Origin: Paraspadella gotoi
Lineage: Eukaryota; Animalia; Chaetognatha
Direction of reading: 5' to 3'
Length of the DNA stretch: 64,000 nucleotides
NCBI GenBank assembly: GCA_051294375.1
Contig: CM119264.1
Location: 5,811,621 to 5,875,620, forward strand
The notes under the pieces are model-generated. The model ran no database searches and was not told where the DNA came from. It saw only the letters and a list, made by a program, of their open reading frames with translations. How positions within the stretch are numbered: the stretch's first letter is position 1; every line of letters starts with the position of its first letter. Below, in pieces: positions 34,496 to 47,352 of this stretch. Position numbers and translations under genes: made by a program.

Positions 34496-37400
34496 TCAAC
34501 AAAAAGCGACGAGCCAATTTTTCAATTCTTCCTTGGTAACGTTGTCGTTAAGCATTCCCCTGATCGCTTTCGCCCTGTGCACGCCGCGCTCGAGTTCCTT
34601 TGCCTTTTGCGCGGCGGTTTTAACGACGGCGTCGGGCAAACCAGCCAATTTGGCCGTGTTGAATCCGTAGCTTTTGGGACAATTTCCAGCGACGAATTTG
34701 TAGAGGAAAGTGATGCTCTCCTGCGTGGGATCCTCCTCGTTTTGATTCTCTACCATGCATGCCATGTGGCCTAATTCGATCCCAGGCGAGTGGACGTACG
34801 AATCAACCAGCAAGTGGTAGTGCGTTGAAAAGAGCGTGCGGCAACGTTTGGCCTCGACCAACTCTTTGACGACGGCCGAGGCGATGGCGGTGCCGTCGAA
34901 GGTGGCCGTCCCGCGGCCCAATTCGTCTAGCAGCACCAAAGAGTGAGGCGTGGCGTGACGGAGAATCGCCGCAGTTTCGCTCAACTCGACAAAGAAGGTG
35001 GACTCACCGCCGACGATGTTATCGCGAGCGCCAAGGCGAGTAAAAATGCGATCGACAGGCGTAAGGCGGCACTTGGAGGCTGGAACTCGGCATCCCATCT
35101 GCGCCAAGATTACGAGCGACGCCACCTGACGCATCAACGTCGACTTTCCACCCATGTTAGGACCAGTCACGAGCACCATAGACGCAGCACCGCATGATCC
35201 GTCTTCGGCGACGCCGATTAGAGTGTCGTTAGGAATGAAATCGTCGCCGGAGAATGTGGAGGTGATCGTCGGGTGGACCCCGTCGCGGATTTCGATAAAG
35301 GGCTTGGTCCCTTCGGTGGCCGAAGACAGCACGAACTCAGGACGAACCATGTCGCCAGATCCGCTGGCACTGTATTTAGCTAAACTAATCAAAGCGTCTA
35401 AAGTCGCCAAAACTCGACACGCCTTCGTCCAAGACGCCGCGTTTTCGTCGAACTTATGAAAGACTCGTCGCGCCGTATCGCGGCGCAGCTGATCGCGGCG
35501 CTGCTCCGTCTCGTTAAGAGCGTCACGTAGCTCCAGCAGGTCTTCAGTGTAGTAGCGTTTGAAACCTTTTCGCGAGGAGACGATACGGTAATCGTCGGAG
35601 ACATGTTTGTTGTCTGGTATTTCCAGCTGATAAGTGTTTTTAGCCTGATGGAAAAAGTTAACGACGCAGCCCAAGGATTTCTTCTTCTCACGCTGATAAT
35701 CCACCAACGCCTTCTTAGCGTCGGCGATCTCCTTCAAGGCAGCGTCGTATTCTGGGTCCATGCCGTCAGCAGGAATTATAGCGCCCTGTGCTTGCGCTTT
35801 TTTGTGATCAAACATTTGAAAAAAATTATCCAGTTCTTCCGCGACGTCGGGATATTTCCCGCCATCCGTCTCGAACGTAGTTAAGTCTTTCAATCGACTG
35901 CATCGAAGGTTTTCTTTTTTAAAAGTTTTAACTATTTCAACCGAAGTTTTGTAGCCCTCGATAATTTTGAGAAAATCCTCGATCTTTCTCTTGTTGAAAA
36001 TTTCCTCCTCAAAAATTATGGCGCGACCGTCGGGATGTTTGGCGTTGCGCTGGCCAGAGCCCATGGAATGAACTCGTGAGAGAAGGCGTTCCAGATCGGG
36101 GAGCTTCTTGAGCAAGGATCCGATCTCCTCGAGAAAACTCGGATTGGCGGCGAGGTCGTCGACGGCGTCCTGACGATTCTTGATGGCCTCCAAGTCGCAG
36201 AGAGGCGATGTTAGCCACTCTCTTAACAGCCGCTTTCCGAAAGGAGTGGAGGTGTGATCGATCTTCTCCAACAGCGACCCTTCAAGTCCTCCATCGACAT
36301 TCAAAACGTCCAAATTGTTGGTGGTTACTCCATCAAGGATCATGTATTTTCGGCCGCGAATGTACTCGTCCTCTAAAGCGATGGCGCGATCGCCGTCGGC
36401 GACGTCGATCGGTTGATATACTTCGAAAAGCTTCATAGAAAGAAGTTCGTGATCGACGACGCACTTAGTGAGATACCAAACGACGGCGCCTAGTGCGCGG
36501 ACGGCCAGTTCATAATCGGGCTTGGCCGTCAATCCCAACGAGTCAGTATCGGAGAGTATGGTCTTCAATCCCTCCGGCCACGCAAACTCTTTGCTCGATT
36601 CCTCCACAAAATATTCTCCCTCCGCCAAAACCTTGAGCGTCTTTTCCGCCTCCCAAAACTCGGCGCCGGGATTAAGCGGCGTCTCGAAAATGGCCGAGGG
36701 ACAGGAAGATTTCAGTAAATTCGCCGTTTTTGGAGTGAGCATCTTGTCTCCTTTGCCTCGAAGGATCTGCGTGGGCGGCCAGTGGGCGAGAAGAGCGCGG
36801 AGACGGGAGGCGTGCCGGTCGTCGACGAACTGACCCACGACGAACTTTCCGATGGCGGCGTCGACGAAGCAAACGCCGTAATTCCACCGTGGACGTCCCT
36901 CCTCATCCTGCGTCTCCTTCTCGATCAAGGCCGTCAAGAACGAGGCGCCCGGTTCCGAGGCTTCTTTATCCATGTAGCCGAAGGTTCGCGTAGCCTTAGT
37001 GGCGATGGCGCAAATTTCCCGTCGGACCACTTTGTCGAACTTGGTCGGTCGCGCCATCTCCTTGACGCGGGCCTCCATCATGGCCGGCGTCTCGGTTTGC
37101 TCGATACGCGCCACCGCGTAGCCCTTTTGAATGAGCGCTTCGGCATAGCGCGGGCCCGCCTTTTCCGGAAACCCGCAGTGGGCGTGCTCGCCTCTCATGT
37201 ATTGCAATCCGCATTCTTTAACGCCAGTGACACAATCCATATGATAAAGTTCGTAAAACTTTCCCTGTTTGAAAAATAGGATGACGTCGAAGTTCTTGGC
37301 TTTGAACTCCCACCACTGACGTTGGGCGGGCGTCTCTTTGTTCAAAAATTCGGCGGGTACGTGCAACGTTCGCGGGTCGTAGTCGGGATCGTCGGGACGT

Positions 37401-38575
37401 CGACGAGCGGCGTCACGAATTTTCTCCGGTTTTAGAAACTCGTAGGTTTGATGCTTAAAGACTCCGCCCTCGGGTCGAGCCAAGCCCCCCTGGTCGCCCT
37501 CGTCCGGCGCTTCGAACTGCGCCAGTTTCGATTTAATAGCGGCACTGACAGGTTTTGGGGAAGAAGCCGCGGAAGATGAGAAAATAGCGGCGGTCTTCGG
37601 AGTTTTGGGAGTCGGAGGAAGCGGTGCACTTTTAGGCGTGACCGGACCAGTCTTTTTTCGATTCCCTTTTCCAGAACTCGATTTTTTCTTGTACCTGTCT
37701 TTGATGGCCTCTAAACTCTCATCGGACGACGTCGGCTCCGACTCTTCCTCATCTCCCACCACTTCCTCATTATCGCTGCTGCTGCTTTCTTCCTTTTTCG
37801 AAGGCTTGAACTCGTCTTCCGACTCTTGGAGTTCTTCTTTGTCGTCGTCATCTTCGTCGCTAGAATTAAGAGGCGTCACGATCCTCCGCCTTTTGCTTTT
37901 ATTCTCCTCCTTCGCCGTCGTCGGGACCTCGCGCCGCCTTTTTTTCGCCGTTTCCGGTTTGGTGTCAACGCTGTCGCGATTCTCTTTCTCTCCATCTTCT
38001 CCCCCATCTTCTTCTTCCTCCTCCTCCCCCGCCTCTTCCTCGTGCAACGCCGCCAGAAAACGTCGTAGTCTCTCCGATCGGTCTTCGACGGTTCCGGCCT
38101 CCTCTGCGTCGGAGGCGCCTTTCCTCAGCTCCGGGTCGCGGCAGTAAAACTTTCCACCAATCTCGCATTCGCCACGCCCGACGAAGGGCGCCGTCTTGTC
38201 GCGTTTGACCCACGAGTGGGATGAGACGGAGTCGAAGAACTGGACGTGGACACCACCGAGGCGAGAATGGGTCTTAGTGGCCGGATCGGAACACACCATC
38301 GAGGGCCACCACGGGTAGCCCTCGAGCCTAGACCAGACCAAATCGCCGGGTACGAGTTCGGGCTCGCTCGTCTTCGGTCTTTTCGAAGCGGGAGAAGCGC
38401 CATTGTTGTTCTTTACTCGTCCATTGTCCTCGTTTTTATTAGTGCCCTTAACTTTGTTGTTATTGTCATTACTTTCGGTCCCGACGTTGGAACGGGAAGA
38501 TGAAGTTTTCGTATTGGCGCTCCTAGGAGATTTGGCGAAAAAATTGAGCAGCGAGGACTGCTGTTTTCGTTCCAT
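34496..38575 (-). CDS. MSH6: DNA mismatch repair protein MSH6 with PIP box and PWWP domain, intronless
   Basis: [11 protein letters not shown] box, [40 protein letters not shown] and DELGRGT motifs; true start MERKQQ at 38575. Confidence 0.97.
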   Translation of the reverse strand: MERKQQSSLLNFFAKSPRSANTKTSSSRSNVGTESNDNNNKVKGTNKNEDNGRVKNNNGASPASKRPKTSEPELVPGDLVWSRLEGYPWWPSMVCSDPATKTHSRLGGVHVQFFDSVSSHSWVKRDKTAPFVGRGECEIGGKFYCRDPELRKGASDAEEAGTVEDRSERLRRFLAALHEEEAGEEEEEEDGGEDGEKENRDSVDTKPETAKKRRREVPTTAKEENKSKRRRIVTPLNSSDEDDDDKEELQESEDEFKPSKKEESSSSDNEEVVGDEEESEPTSSDESLEAIKDRYKKKSSSGKGNRKKTGPVTPKSAPLPPTPKTPKTAAIFSSSAASSPKPVSAAIKSKLAQFEAPDEGDQGGLARPEGGVFKHQTYEFLKPEKIRDAARRRPDDPDYDPRTLHVPAEFLNKETPAQRQWWEFKAKNFDVILFFKQGKFYELYHMDCVTGVKECGLQYMRGEHAHCGFPEKAGPRYAEALIQKGYAVARIEQTETPAMMEARVKEMARPTKFDKVVRREICAIATKATRTFGYMDKEASEPGASFLTALIEKETQDEEGRPRWNYGVCFVDAAIGKFVVGQFVDDRHASRLRALLAHWPPTQILRGKGDKMLTPKTANLLKSSCPSAIFETPLNPGAEFWEAEKTLKVLAEGEYFVEESSKEFAWPEGLKTILSDTDSLGLTAKPDYELAVRALGAVVWYLTKCVVDHELLSMKLFEVYQPIDVADGDRAIALEDEYIRGRKYMILDGVTTNNLDVLNVDGGLEGSLLEKIDHTSTPFGKRLLREWLTSPLCDLEAIKNRQDAVDDLAANPSFLEEIGSLLKKLPDLERLLSRVHSMGSGQRNAKHPDGRAIIFEEEIFNKRKIEDFLKIIEGYKTSVEIVKTFKKENLRCSRLKDLTTFETDGGKYPDVAEELDNFFQMFDHKKAQAQGAIIPADGMDPEYDAALKEIADAKKALVDYQREKKKSLGCVVNFFHQAKNTYQLEIPDNKHVSDDYRIVSSRKGFKRYYTEDLLELRDALNETEQRRDQLRRDTARRVFHKFDENAASWTKACRVLATLDALISLAKYSASGSGDMVRPEFVLSSATEGTKPFIEIRDGVHPTITSTFSGDDFIPNDTLIGVAEDGSCGAASMVLVTGPNMGGKSTLMRQVASLVILAQMGCRVPASKCRLTPVDRIFTRLGARDNIVGGESTFFVELSETAAILRHATPHSLVLLDELGRGTATFDGTAIASAVVKELVEAKRCRTLFSTHYHLLVDSYVHSPGIELGHMACMVENQNEEDPTQESITFLYKFVAGNCPKSYGFNTAKLAGLPDAVVKTAAQKAKELERGVHRAKAIRGMLNDNVTKEELKNWLVAFC

Positions 38576-38744
38576 GACGAAAAAGAAACAATAGGAGCGT
38601 GCGAAACCGAAAGAACAAAACTCTGTGAGGAACAAAACGGATGAGCGGGAAAAAAAAGGAATCAAAATGAGGACTGGATATGAAAGCATGTTCGAAAAAT
38701 ATACGAGAAGTACATAAAGCGATAACAACGAGATTATCAATTGG

Positions 38745-41700
38745 TCAACGAGTCTCCATTTCTTCGTCTTTGTCGCCGTTGACCAAAGCCTGGGAGACGA
38801 CGGCGCCGTCGGCTTCGCCTTCCGCGTCGGTCGTAGTTTCGTCGTCGGATTCGCGTCCCTCGTCTTCGTCGAGCAAAGACTAAACGAGTACGACGATATT
38901 AAAAACAAAATCCTTAAAAAATCGCACAATTCAGAATAAATCACCTGAAGCTGATGGATGGAAGTAACGAGAAGGTGAAACTGGCGTTTGCGCTGTTCAA
39001 GTTTGCGCTCGAGTTGTTCGTTGGTTTGTCTGAGGTCATTGTGCTCCTTCTCCAAAACGCGAATTCGTTCTGAGGATCGAAAATATCTCACACAATGGGT
39101 AAAAATAAATATAGAGCTTTAAGAAAATGAAGAACCTAATATATCTAATTTATCTATGCATGTTTAGTAGACACATTTAAATCCGATTCTTTTTAAGATA
39201 GAAATCTCAGGAAAACGGCATTCTTTTCTTTTTTTTTCGTTCTATCTGAATATATGACTTTTGTTAGACTTTTTAAAATTCTTGGCCCTCCCCAGGAGCG
39301 CCAAAGTGCCACGAGCATCAAAATTCACATATATTCGTAGATTTCTTGAACAAGTTCTATTTAAATTTAATTTTCTAATATAATTAGTTCATTCCTGACT
39401 AGAATATTGCATTGCAAGTTAGTTAATATATTAAAAAATAGTTTTAGGTGCTTATTATGTTGAAAAACTATTTTTACAAACCGGAAGTTATCAAAAACAG
39501 CAAAAAATTAGTTCTAAAGCTACGAACTACTTTTATAAATTTGTTAGATATGTTACATGTTCTTTTTATCATTTATTTCAAAAGTTTAATTTAAATATTT
39601 TATTTAGTTATTAGATATTGTTTAATTATGCAGACGCGCAAGCTTTTTTACTTTAACTTTGATGTTTAAAATGACTGATGAACTTTCATTGTATTTTATG
39701 TCAGATACCTAAATCAATAATACCAATATATATTGTTATAATAGAGAAATATGGTGTAAAGACATTAAAAAAAATAAAAAACTGAATAAAGAAAAAGTCA
39801 ATCTCTTGAACCTTTGAACCTTCCCTAAATCATGGTGGTGGATGATCCCAACCACCACGGCCGCACAATGACTCCCCCGTCTCCGCTCGCTGAGACAGAG
39901 GAGACCTCTGGAAAGGCAATAAGCAACCAATGCCCTCTAATCACCTGTCGCAACTATGACTCTCCTCAGAGAAGTTGTCAAGCCAAATGACAGCTTCAGA
40001 CGAATAAAGGGGAAAGCTCAAGTCCTCATTTAAAATCAGCACGGACAAACACATTTTTCTTAACTAGCTTTAAAGCTACAAATCATAGGTGACCACCATT
40101 CGATTCATTTTTTATTGCTCTATCTATATATGTCACTTTTGATATACTGGATTCCTGATTTCTGGAACAGGCAGCTTTTTTATCTCAAGATGTATATTAC
40201 TATCAGGAATACTGAGATTGAGAGATAGTGAATAGGAAATGAAGGAAAAAGAATGTTTAGGTTCAGTTAATTGTTTAAAATAGAAATATTTATTAAATAT
40301 AAATGTAGAAAATATTAACTTGAAAAAATTATAAAAACTGTAATAGTAACTAGCATTAACTAAATCAATTTCATTTAATACAAAAAAAATTTGTATTAAA
40401 AAATAAAAGGATAGATAAGAATAGATAAGAGATAGAAGGGAAATAATAAGACAAAATTAATAAAGAGAGCTCAACATAAAGATAGCCACCCCTACGTGGA
40501 CAAATAAAAGGTAGTACCGATAAGATTGGGTCATGAGAGGGTCAAGTCAACCTCAGTTTCTTTACCGACTAAACTGTTATATGTGGGTCACTGGGTCAGG
40601 TAATGTTTCCGTGAGGAACAGATCTAGTGCGACTCAATTTGACTTTAAATACCTGCCAGTTGCCCTCTTTTCAGATAAGGTAGACCAGGGCCTGTCCGTG
40701 CTGATTTAAAAATTTGGTTGCTACAGGTGATTAGAGGGCATTGGTTGCTTATTGCTTTTCCAGAGGTCTCCCTCTGCCTCGGCGAGTAGAGACGGGGGAA
40801 TCATTGTGCGACCGTGGTGATCGGGATCATCCACCACCACAATTTAGAGAAGGTTCAAGGGTTCAAGAGATTGACTTTTTGTTTATTCACTCTTTTTTTC
40901 GTTGTTTGTCTTGCATATTTTTTTTTTTTGTGGTTTTTAAATTGAGTTTGAAATAAAGATGAAGTCTTTTACAACAACAATTACATTTAATTTTTTTTGT
41001 AATGTCTTTACACTATATTTCTCTATTATAACAATATATATTGGTATTATTGATTTGGGTATCTGACATAAAATACAATGAAAGTTCATCAGCCATTTTA
41101 AACGTCAAAGTTAAGGTAAAAAGGCTTGTGCGTCTGCATAATTAAACTATATCTAATAATTAAATAAAATATTTAAATTATACTTTTGAAATAAATAATA
41201 AAAAAGAACATATAACATATCTAGCAAATTGATAAAATTAGTTTGTATCTTTAGAACTAATTTTTTGCTGTTTTTGATAACTTCCGGTTTGTAAAAATAG
41301 TTTTTCAACATAATAAGCACCTAAAACTATTTTTTTAATATATTAACTAACTTGCAATGCAATATTCTAGTCAGGAATGAACTAATTATATTAGAAAATT
41401 AAATTTAAATAGAACTTGTTCAAGAAATCTACGAATATATGTGAATTTTGATGCTCTTGGCACTTTGGCGCTCCTGGGGAGGGCCAAGAATTTTAAAAAG
41501 TCTAACAAAAGTCATATATTCAGATAGAACGGAAAAAAGGAAAAGAATGCCGTTTTCCTGAGATTTTTATCTTAAAAAGAATCGGATTTAAATGTGTCTA
41601 ATGTTTAGTTTACCTTGTTACCATTGTTTACCTAGCCAAAAGTAGACCATGAGTTTTTTTACCTACGACCCCCAACGACTAAAGAAAAAAAAACTGACCG

Positions 41701-42429
41701 ATGGTGTCCCGTCTGTCCGGGTGCTCGTTGATGATTTTCGCCAGAGCGTCGTACTCTTGTCGATTCTTTCGGACGACCTTGGCCTTCTCCAGTTCGGCCT
41801 TACAGTCCTCGATCTTGCCGACGGCGTTGCGGAGGTCGGCGTCAATTCGCGCGTAGAGATCCTCGTAGTTATCGTTCTCCCTAACGTTCATATCGAAAAC
41901 GAGGTTCGATTTGGCAAAGTTAAATTCCACCGCCGCCAATTGACTTCGTAGTTTTTCATAGGCTCGCTCGTTCTCTTCTTTGGTGTCTGACGAGGAAGAG
42001 GCCCATTTGACGAAAGCCTTCGTGGGGTGAGAGAATGGGCAATGGGTAATCACATAAATATAGGTTCCCAACTGATGACCTCGAAAATTATTTTGAACAT
42101 ATATAAAATTATTAAAAAATAAATAATAAATGTATTCTATTTAAAATATAAGAATAACATATAAAAAACTATCAAATTTACATCTAATATATAAGGTCGC
42201 CCCTTTCTTTAAACAGCTTTCCCCGGTATGTAAAGTATTAAGTATATAAAGCTATACCTCTTTTTTCCCTTGGATTTCTACTTTTCTTTAAAAACCGGAA
42301 AAAAAAAAACCATCGGCGATAAAAGTTTGCGCTCACCTTCAACAGAGTAGAAATCCTTTTATCATCGCCGCCGCCGTCTCCTTCGATCAAGAGTCGTTTC
42401 TTGATGACGCTCTCGTCGGTCGCAGTCAT
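38745..42429 (-). CDS. THOC7: THO complex subunit 7, 4 exons
   Basis: DESVIKKRLLIEGDGGGDDKRI, KVVRKNRQEYDALAKII and RKRQFHLLVTSIHQLQ motifs; exons 42429-42337, 42017-41699, 39069-38945, 38879-38745. Confidence 0.95.
39168..41600. mobile_element. hAT-like foldback element (~880-bp TIRs, 8-bp TSD) in THOC7 intron 2
   Basis: ATGTTTAG|TAGACACATTTAAATCCG ... CGGATTTAAATGTGTCTA|ATGTTTAG. Arms 39168-~40047 and ~40693-41600 are near-identical inverted copies; no transposase ORF. Confidence 0.85.
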
Positions 42430-42574
42430 CTTATTTTTTGTTTATATTCTGTTTGTTCACACGAGAAAAAAAATATTTGCGTAAAATTGCAAATGACCGG
42501 GAATGGTATCACAGCGGGAAGAGTCCGGAACCCCCGGCTAATTTTAAATAAAAAAAAAGCGTGCCAGACTCCAA

Positions 42575-45164
42575 TTAAACATCGAAGTGACTAGACTCAG
42601 ATGACTTTCTCAAGCGCCGCCCCGCTGGACATTCGATGTCAAGAGGACGAGCGCCGATTTGTAAGTTAGAAGGACGCAGGATCCAGCGTCTCAGACGACG
42701 CGCCAGGAAGGCGATGGCGAGAATGACGAAGGCGATGAGGGCGAGCAGCAAGTGATGGGAAAAAGGTAGGGAACGATCGAAAAAGGTTTGGTGGTGAGGC
42801 CTCGATGTCTTCGAACTTTCGCTCAGCCCACTAGAGGTGTCCCAAAGACGGCGGCGAGAGCGCTGGTCGGCAAGAGGGTAAAATCTCATGCGATAAAGGA
42901 GCGCGCCGAGCGTCCATTGGACCTCTTGGCCCTCGACGAGCTGGACGTTGGTCAGCGAGGAGTAAACGACGGGAAACTTGAAGCCCCGATGAAGCGCGGC
43001 TCGTACATAGGCGGATTTGAAGCATTGAGTGCGAAGACGGTGAGCGTCTGCCAGAGGATAAACCCCGCGAGCATGACGCTCGAGAGACTGGGCCCAAGGA
43101 GTCTCACAATATCTTTGCGCGGCCCGGGCAAACTCCTCGGCATCGTAATGACCCTTGAGTCCTAAAATGTCGAAGCTCGAGTAGTAAAATTCGGAGAAAC
43201 CGTAAAACTCGCTGTTGTATGAATTTATCTTCGGCTGAAAGGTCCCATTGATTGAGCAGGAATCGGTTTCTCCGTGGGGACACAGCAACTGATAGAAAAA
43301 AAGATAGGAGAGTCTTTCCTCACACGCGGAAAAGTTTCCAATTCCTATGAAGTGAACGGCTGAGTCCGAGAAAGTCTCCACGGTGTGGCCCTGGTCTTTG
43401 GCGAGGCAGGGATCTTCCACGGGTGAAGAAGAACTACCGGCGTCGGACGAAACGTTCGAGGCTACGGTGGGGAGGGCTTTGAACGCCTCGGCCGTATAGC
43501 GAAAGTAGCGGCGGAAAACTTCGTTGCCACCGAAGCCAAGAAACGTGGAAACGTAAATTCGGTAATTGTGTTTGGTGTCCGATTCGTGACATCCTGACGG
43601 AGGAAATGGGAGAGAGGTGGGAAATTAAAAAACCAATTTCGTTCACTGACGTCACAATTAATACATATAATCCGAAACATTAAACGTACTAGCATATTTT
43701 TGTTTGTTAATTCCTGATCTCAAAATAACAATCACTGCAGTTTGACCCGCATGTACCCAAATTAAACTCAGCGATGAGGTCCTTCGAACCCCGAACTGAC
43801 TGAAGCTGGCGCCATTGTCGATTCTTGGTAATTTCGAAGGCGATTTGGAGGGATCCGCCGCCCATGTCGAGAACACCGACCGTGCGTTTTCGAACCACGT
43901 CGCGATTTAACGTGCTCTGCACCACCACTAATGGGTCGTCACCTTCCGTTATGTGCTTGAACTTGCCCAGCATGAAGTTCGCTGCCGTTGAATGGAAGAA
44001 AACAAAAGATTGTTCAGTTTGAAAGCAAGGAAACCAGAAAGAGTTTTTGTTACCGGCTATCCATTGAAAGACTCCCTCTTCCTTGCCGGAAATGACTTGA
44101 AAGTTGTTGTCGCCGTAAACAAAGTCGAACTCGTTCTTGACGTTGGCGCGGAGATTCGAAAGGATTAGATTTTGCGACGAGATCGGGAGCATTCGCATCC
44201 CTGCCGTCGCGAGAATAAATAGGGGAGTCTCTTTGTGCTTTTCTCTGTATTTGGTACAGAAAAGAGTGAATAAGAAATTAAACGTATTAGACAAACGAGA
44301 TACGAAAACTACTATGGGCGATAAAACTCAAAATCGAACAATGAAAATACAGCCCGCAAAGTGAAAAATGCAAAAAAATAACACAGAAAATTTTAGAAAA
44401 ACAATCACTAAAACCTGGGAATGTGAGATGCGGCGAAGCTTAGGAGCGGACCCACGTAGTTGGTGGCGTTGTGGGCGCGGTCCGGGGCCAAAGAGGAGAT
44501 CCCTGGTTCGATCTTCATGACGACCGACTTGCCTTGGAAATCTTTTAACTGCGCGATGCGCAGGAGGTCAAAATCGCGCTGCTGTCGCGGCCACGAGTAG
44601 ACGAAGACCCGACTGCCGCTTGATCCGCAGTCAATCGCCACAGCAAAGTGCTGCTCCGAAAGTCTGAGCAATAAGGATTATGGAAGTTAATAGAATAATA
44701 ATATTAATAATATAATAATAATAATATGACGATTTATTGATACGTGAGGCAAATTAGGGTTGAATTTACAATTCACATTGATAACTAATTTTTCGAGACA
44801 GGCCACACTCACTCCATTTGATAATGAATTTGCGGAATGGGTTCCGCGGAAAGGAAGGGTTCTCGTTTTCCCGGGAGATTCAAAAGAGAAACGAGGGCAA
44901 AAATGAATGTAGTTGTTATCATGACGACGAAGAAGCAGAGGCATAATACCAATCGAATCACAGCTGAGGTAGGGAGAAGAGTAGCGTAATTTTCCAATGA
45001 GATTAAAGAGCATTATGTATTTATCATTGAGTAAAATTCTCACCCAACGGACAATAATGGGACAACCTCCGCGTCAACGCCAGTTCCATGCGTTGGCAGA
45101 GTAAATAGAGGCACGGGGGCATTTGGCTCTCCGCGAAGCGAGGAAACCGAATCGGCGACGCCAT
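42575..45164 (-). CDS. Ectonucleoside triphosphate diphosphohydrolase 4/7-like (Golgi/lysosomal apyrase), ~6 exons
   Basis: Apyrase regions IDCGSSGSR, LATAGMR, ISGKEEG, LDMGGGSLQ and VQWTLGA; FYGFSEFYYS and TFLGFGGN are typical of ENTPD4/7; N- and C-terminal TM segments. Confidence 0.92.
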
Positions 45165-45309
45165 GAGCGCCGATTGTACGGAGAGGCGCCTACATCGACG
45201 CCGTCCATCGAGCGAAGAAGGCTCCTGATCTAAATTGACTAACTTCGTAAAAATTTGGCATCGAAGAGTCATCAACAAAGAAAATAAGAAAATAAGGACA
45301 GTTTAAACT

Positions 45310-46535
45310 TTATACGCCGAGGCGCAGATTTTTTAAATCATCATCAGCAGAATCGATAAATTCATTGAGGGCGTCAAAGTTCCACTTGAAGACTTCCTTG
45401 TTGGGCGGCGCCCGGAGGAGCGCCCCCGTGACGAAGGGACCCCTCTTGGCAGTCAGATTGGCGGGCCTCTTCCGCCGCAGAATTTGGACGATGGTGCCGA
45501 GATTGTCCATCATCTGGTCACGTGAATGCGAGAGTTTGCCCAAGCTGAAGGTCGTTGATCCAACGTAAGGATCGGCAGCGTCGGCTTTGACTCTGAGTAG
45601 ATAACCGTTTTGGTGCAGATCGAACATCGCGTGAATGTCCACGCCCAAAGTCCCCATCGACTCTGAGGGAAGTTCACCCTGTAAAAAAATCAGGTGATGA
45701 CTGATTGTTAAACTCTAGATCATAAACCACCAAGTCCAACCCGACTCCCGTATTACGAGAATAGTACCGGGAATTTTTTCTTGAGTTGCGTCAATTCCCT
45801 GACGATGTCCATGTGGGCGATGAGGTAGTCGAAGTCGGAGTCTCTGAGAAGCGAACCAGATTTAATCTTGGCAATCAAATCCTCGGCTCCGATATAAGTC
45901 GCGCCTTAAAGCGAAAGAAAGCGTGATTGGTAATTAGACTCATAGATTATTTGTTTTCTAATGATCGTACCTTTAGCGGCCAGCTGCAACTGCAAGTCTG
46001 GATTCTTGACGAGCACCGCAACGTATCGCGGTTCCACGATCGTGTGGGCCGACAGATGGGGAATATGGGTAAGCACAGCAAAGGATTTCAAGGGTTTTGT
46101 CTGCTTCAATCCTCCCATATTTAAAGAGAGATCAACGAAGAGGTCCCCTTCTGGGTTGTCGAGCATAGAAGGATCGTTGGCCTGTCGGTGCATTTCCACG
46201 ATGGCATCGAGGCCAAATACGCGCTCCGGATAATGCTGGCTTAACCAGACGTCGTCCACCGGGCGTCGCTCGCGCCATCGCTCCAGCTGCTCCTGAGTCA
46301 TGGCGTCCTCGATGGAAGGCGGGGCAGCCGCTGCCGATGATTTTCGGGGAGGAGGGGTGAAGGACCTGAGAGAAACCTTCTCCTTCGTTTTGGCCTCCAC
46401 GTCGGAGGCTTTTTTCAATCGTTGCTTATTGTTTTTGTTCAGCGAGAAAAAGAAAGGGGAGAAGGAAAAAGAACGAGAAGAGGAGGGAGAGGAGAAAAGG
46501 GAGCGAGAGGCAAGGAGAGTTTTCGAGAATGCCAT
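45310..46535 (-). CDS. MRPL1: Mitochondrial ribosomal protein L1, 3 exons
   Basis: Ser/Arg-rich presequence, PVDDVWL, VEMHRQANDPSMLDNP, DFDYLIAH and FP..G.MG-type motifs. Confidence 0.85.
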
Positions 46536-46744
46536 CCTTGAATATCAATCGCCCTCGGACTATAAAAAAAAAGTCAAACCGATTTTCAGAAAATGACAAA
46601 TCGAGAAAAAGCGATACGCATACCATGTGTTGCTGTCAAAGCATGGCGGTTGATTCAGATTCTCACTTAGAGAATCACGAGTTTTGGTTCAAGTAAATTA
46701 ACATTCATATTTTGTTATCCGCTTCCGCTTTGATTCGGAAAATA

Positions 46745-47257
46745 CAGGGAGGTCCAGCTCTTTTGGGACTAACTTAAAAAAATCGTTTGGATGGATAAAT
46801 AAAACAAAAAAATTAATGAAAATTGGTACACTTGTAAAAGGTTGTAATGAAAACAATCAATTTAAAAGATTCACATTCGGCAACCATGCTCAGAAAAGGC
46901 GGCATATGCTGTTGGGACCGCGCCGGTTGGGAATGCTGTAATTTCGATCACTATTGTTGCAATCAAAAGGTCGACAGTTCCAAACGGTATGTGTGGACCA
47001 TTCTGCTTCTCTATCCTACATTTTCATTAATCAGGGAGATGGCAGTAAGAAAAACTGTGCGGCCAAAAGTGAGAAGTCACCATCCTTGATTTTCGCCAAA
47101 ACTTTGACATTTTATGCAAAAAGCTTTAATTACAATAGTTGCAGTTGGATTCAAAAGTTAAACAAGTTTCCAAATATCGTCCCTTTTTTCTTCTATCATA
47201 AACCGTTTTTGTGCTGTAAGCACTTGAAGTTAGTCCCATGAGAGCTGGACCTCCCTG
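46745..47257. mobile_element. Tc1/mariner-type MITE (513 bp) between SPAST and MRPL1
   Basis: TA|CAGGGAGGTCCAGCTCT...GGGACTAACTT at the left end and AAGTTAGTCCC...AGAGCTGGACCTCCCTG|TA at the right end. Confidence 0.88.
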
Positions 47258-47352
47258 TAAACTAACACGTCCGAACCGAAGTCAGTTTTTGAATACAATT
47301 TAAATAATCACAGAAGTGCGACGAGGCCATAACCGTTAGTAGACACGATATA

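Noticed and set aside
34338-34517. N-terminal extension of ADSL overlapping the MSH6 stop
   Set aside because: F-rich translation of the spacer from a non-ATG start; an acceptor and ATG 34337 define the real start.
34496-39091. 1531-aa ORF suggesting a THOC7-MSH6 fusion
   Set aside because: The extension runs through a THOC7 intron, an off-frame exon and a T-rich spacer. MSH6 has its own PIP-box start at 38575 and THOC7 splices to its own stop at 38745.
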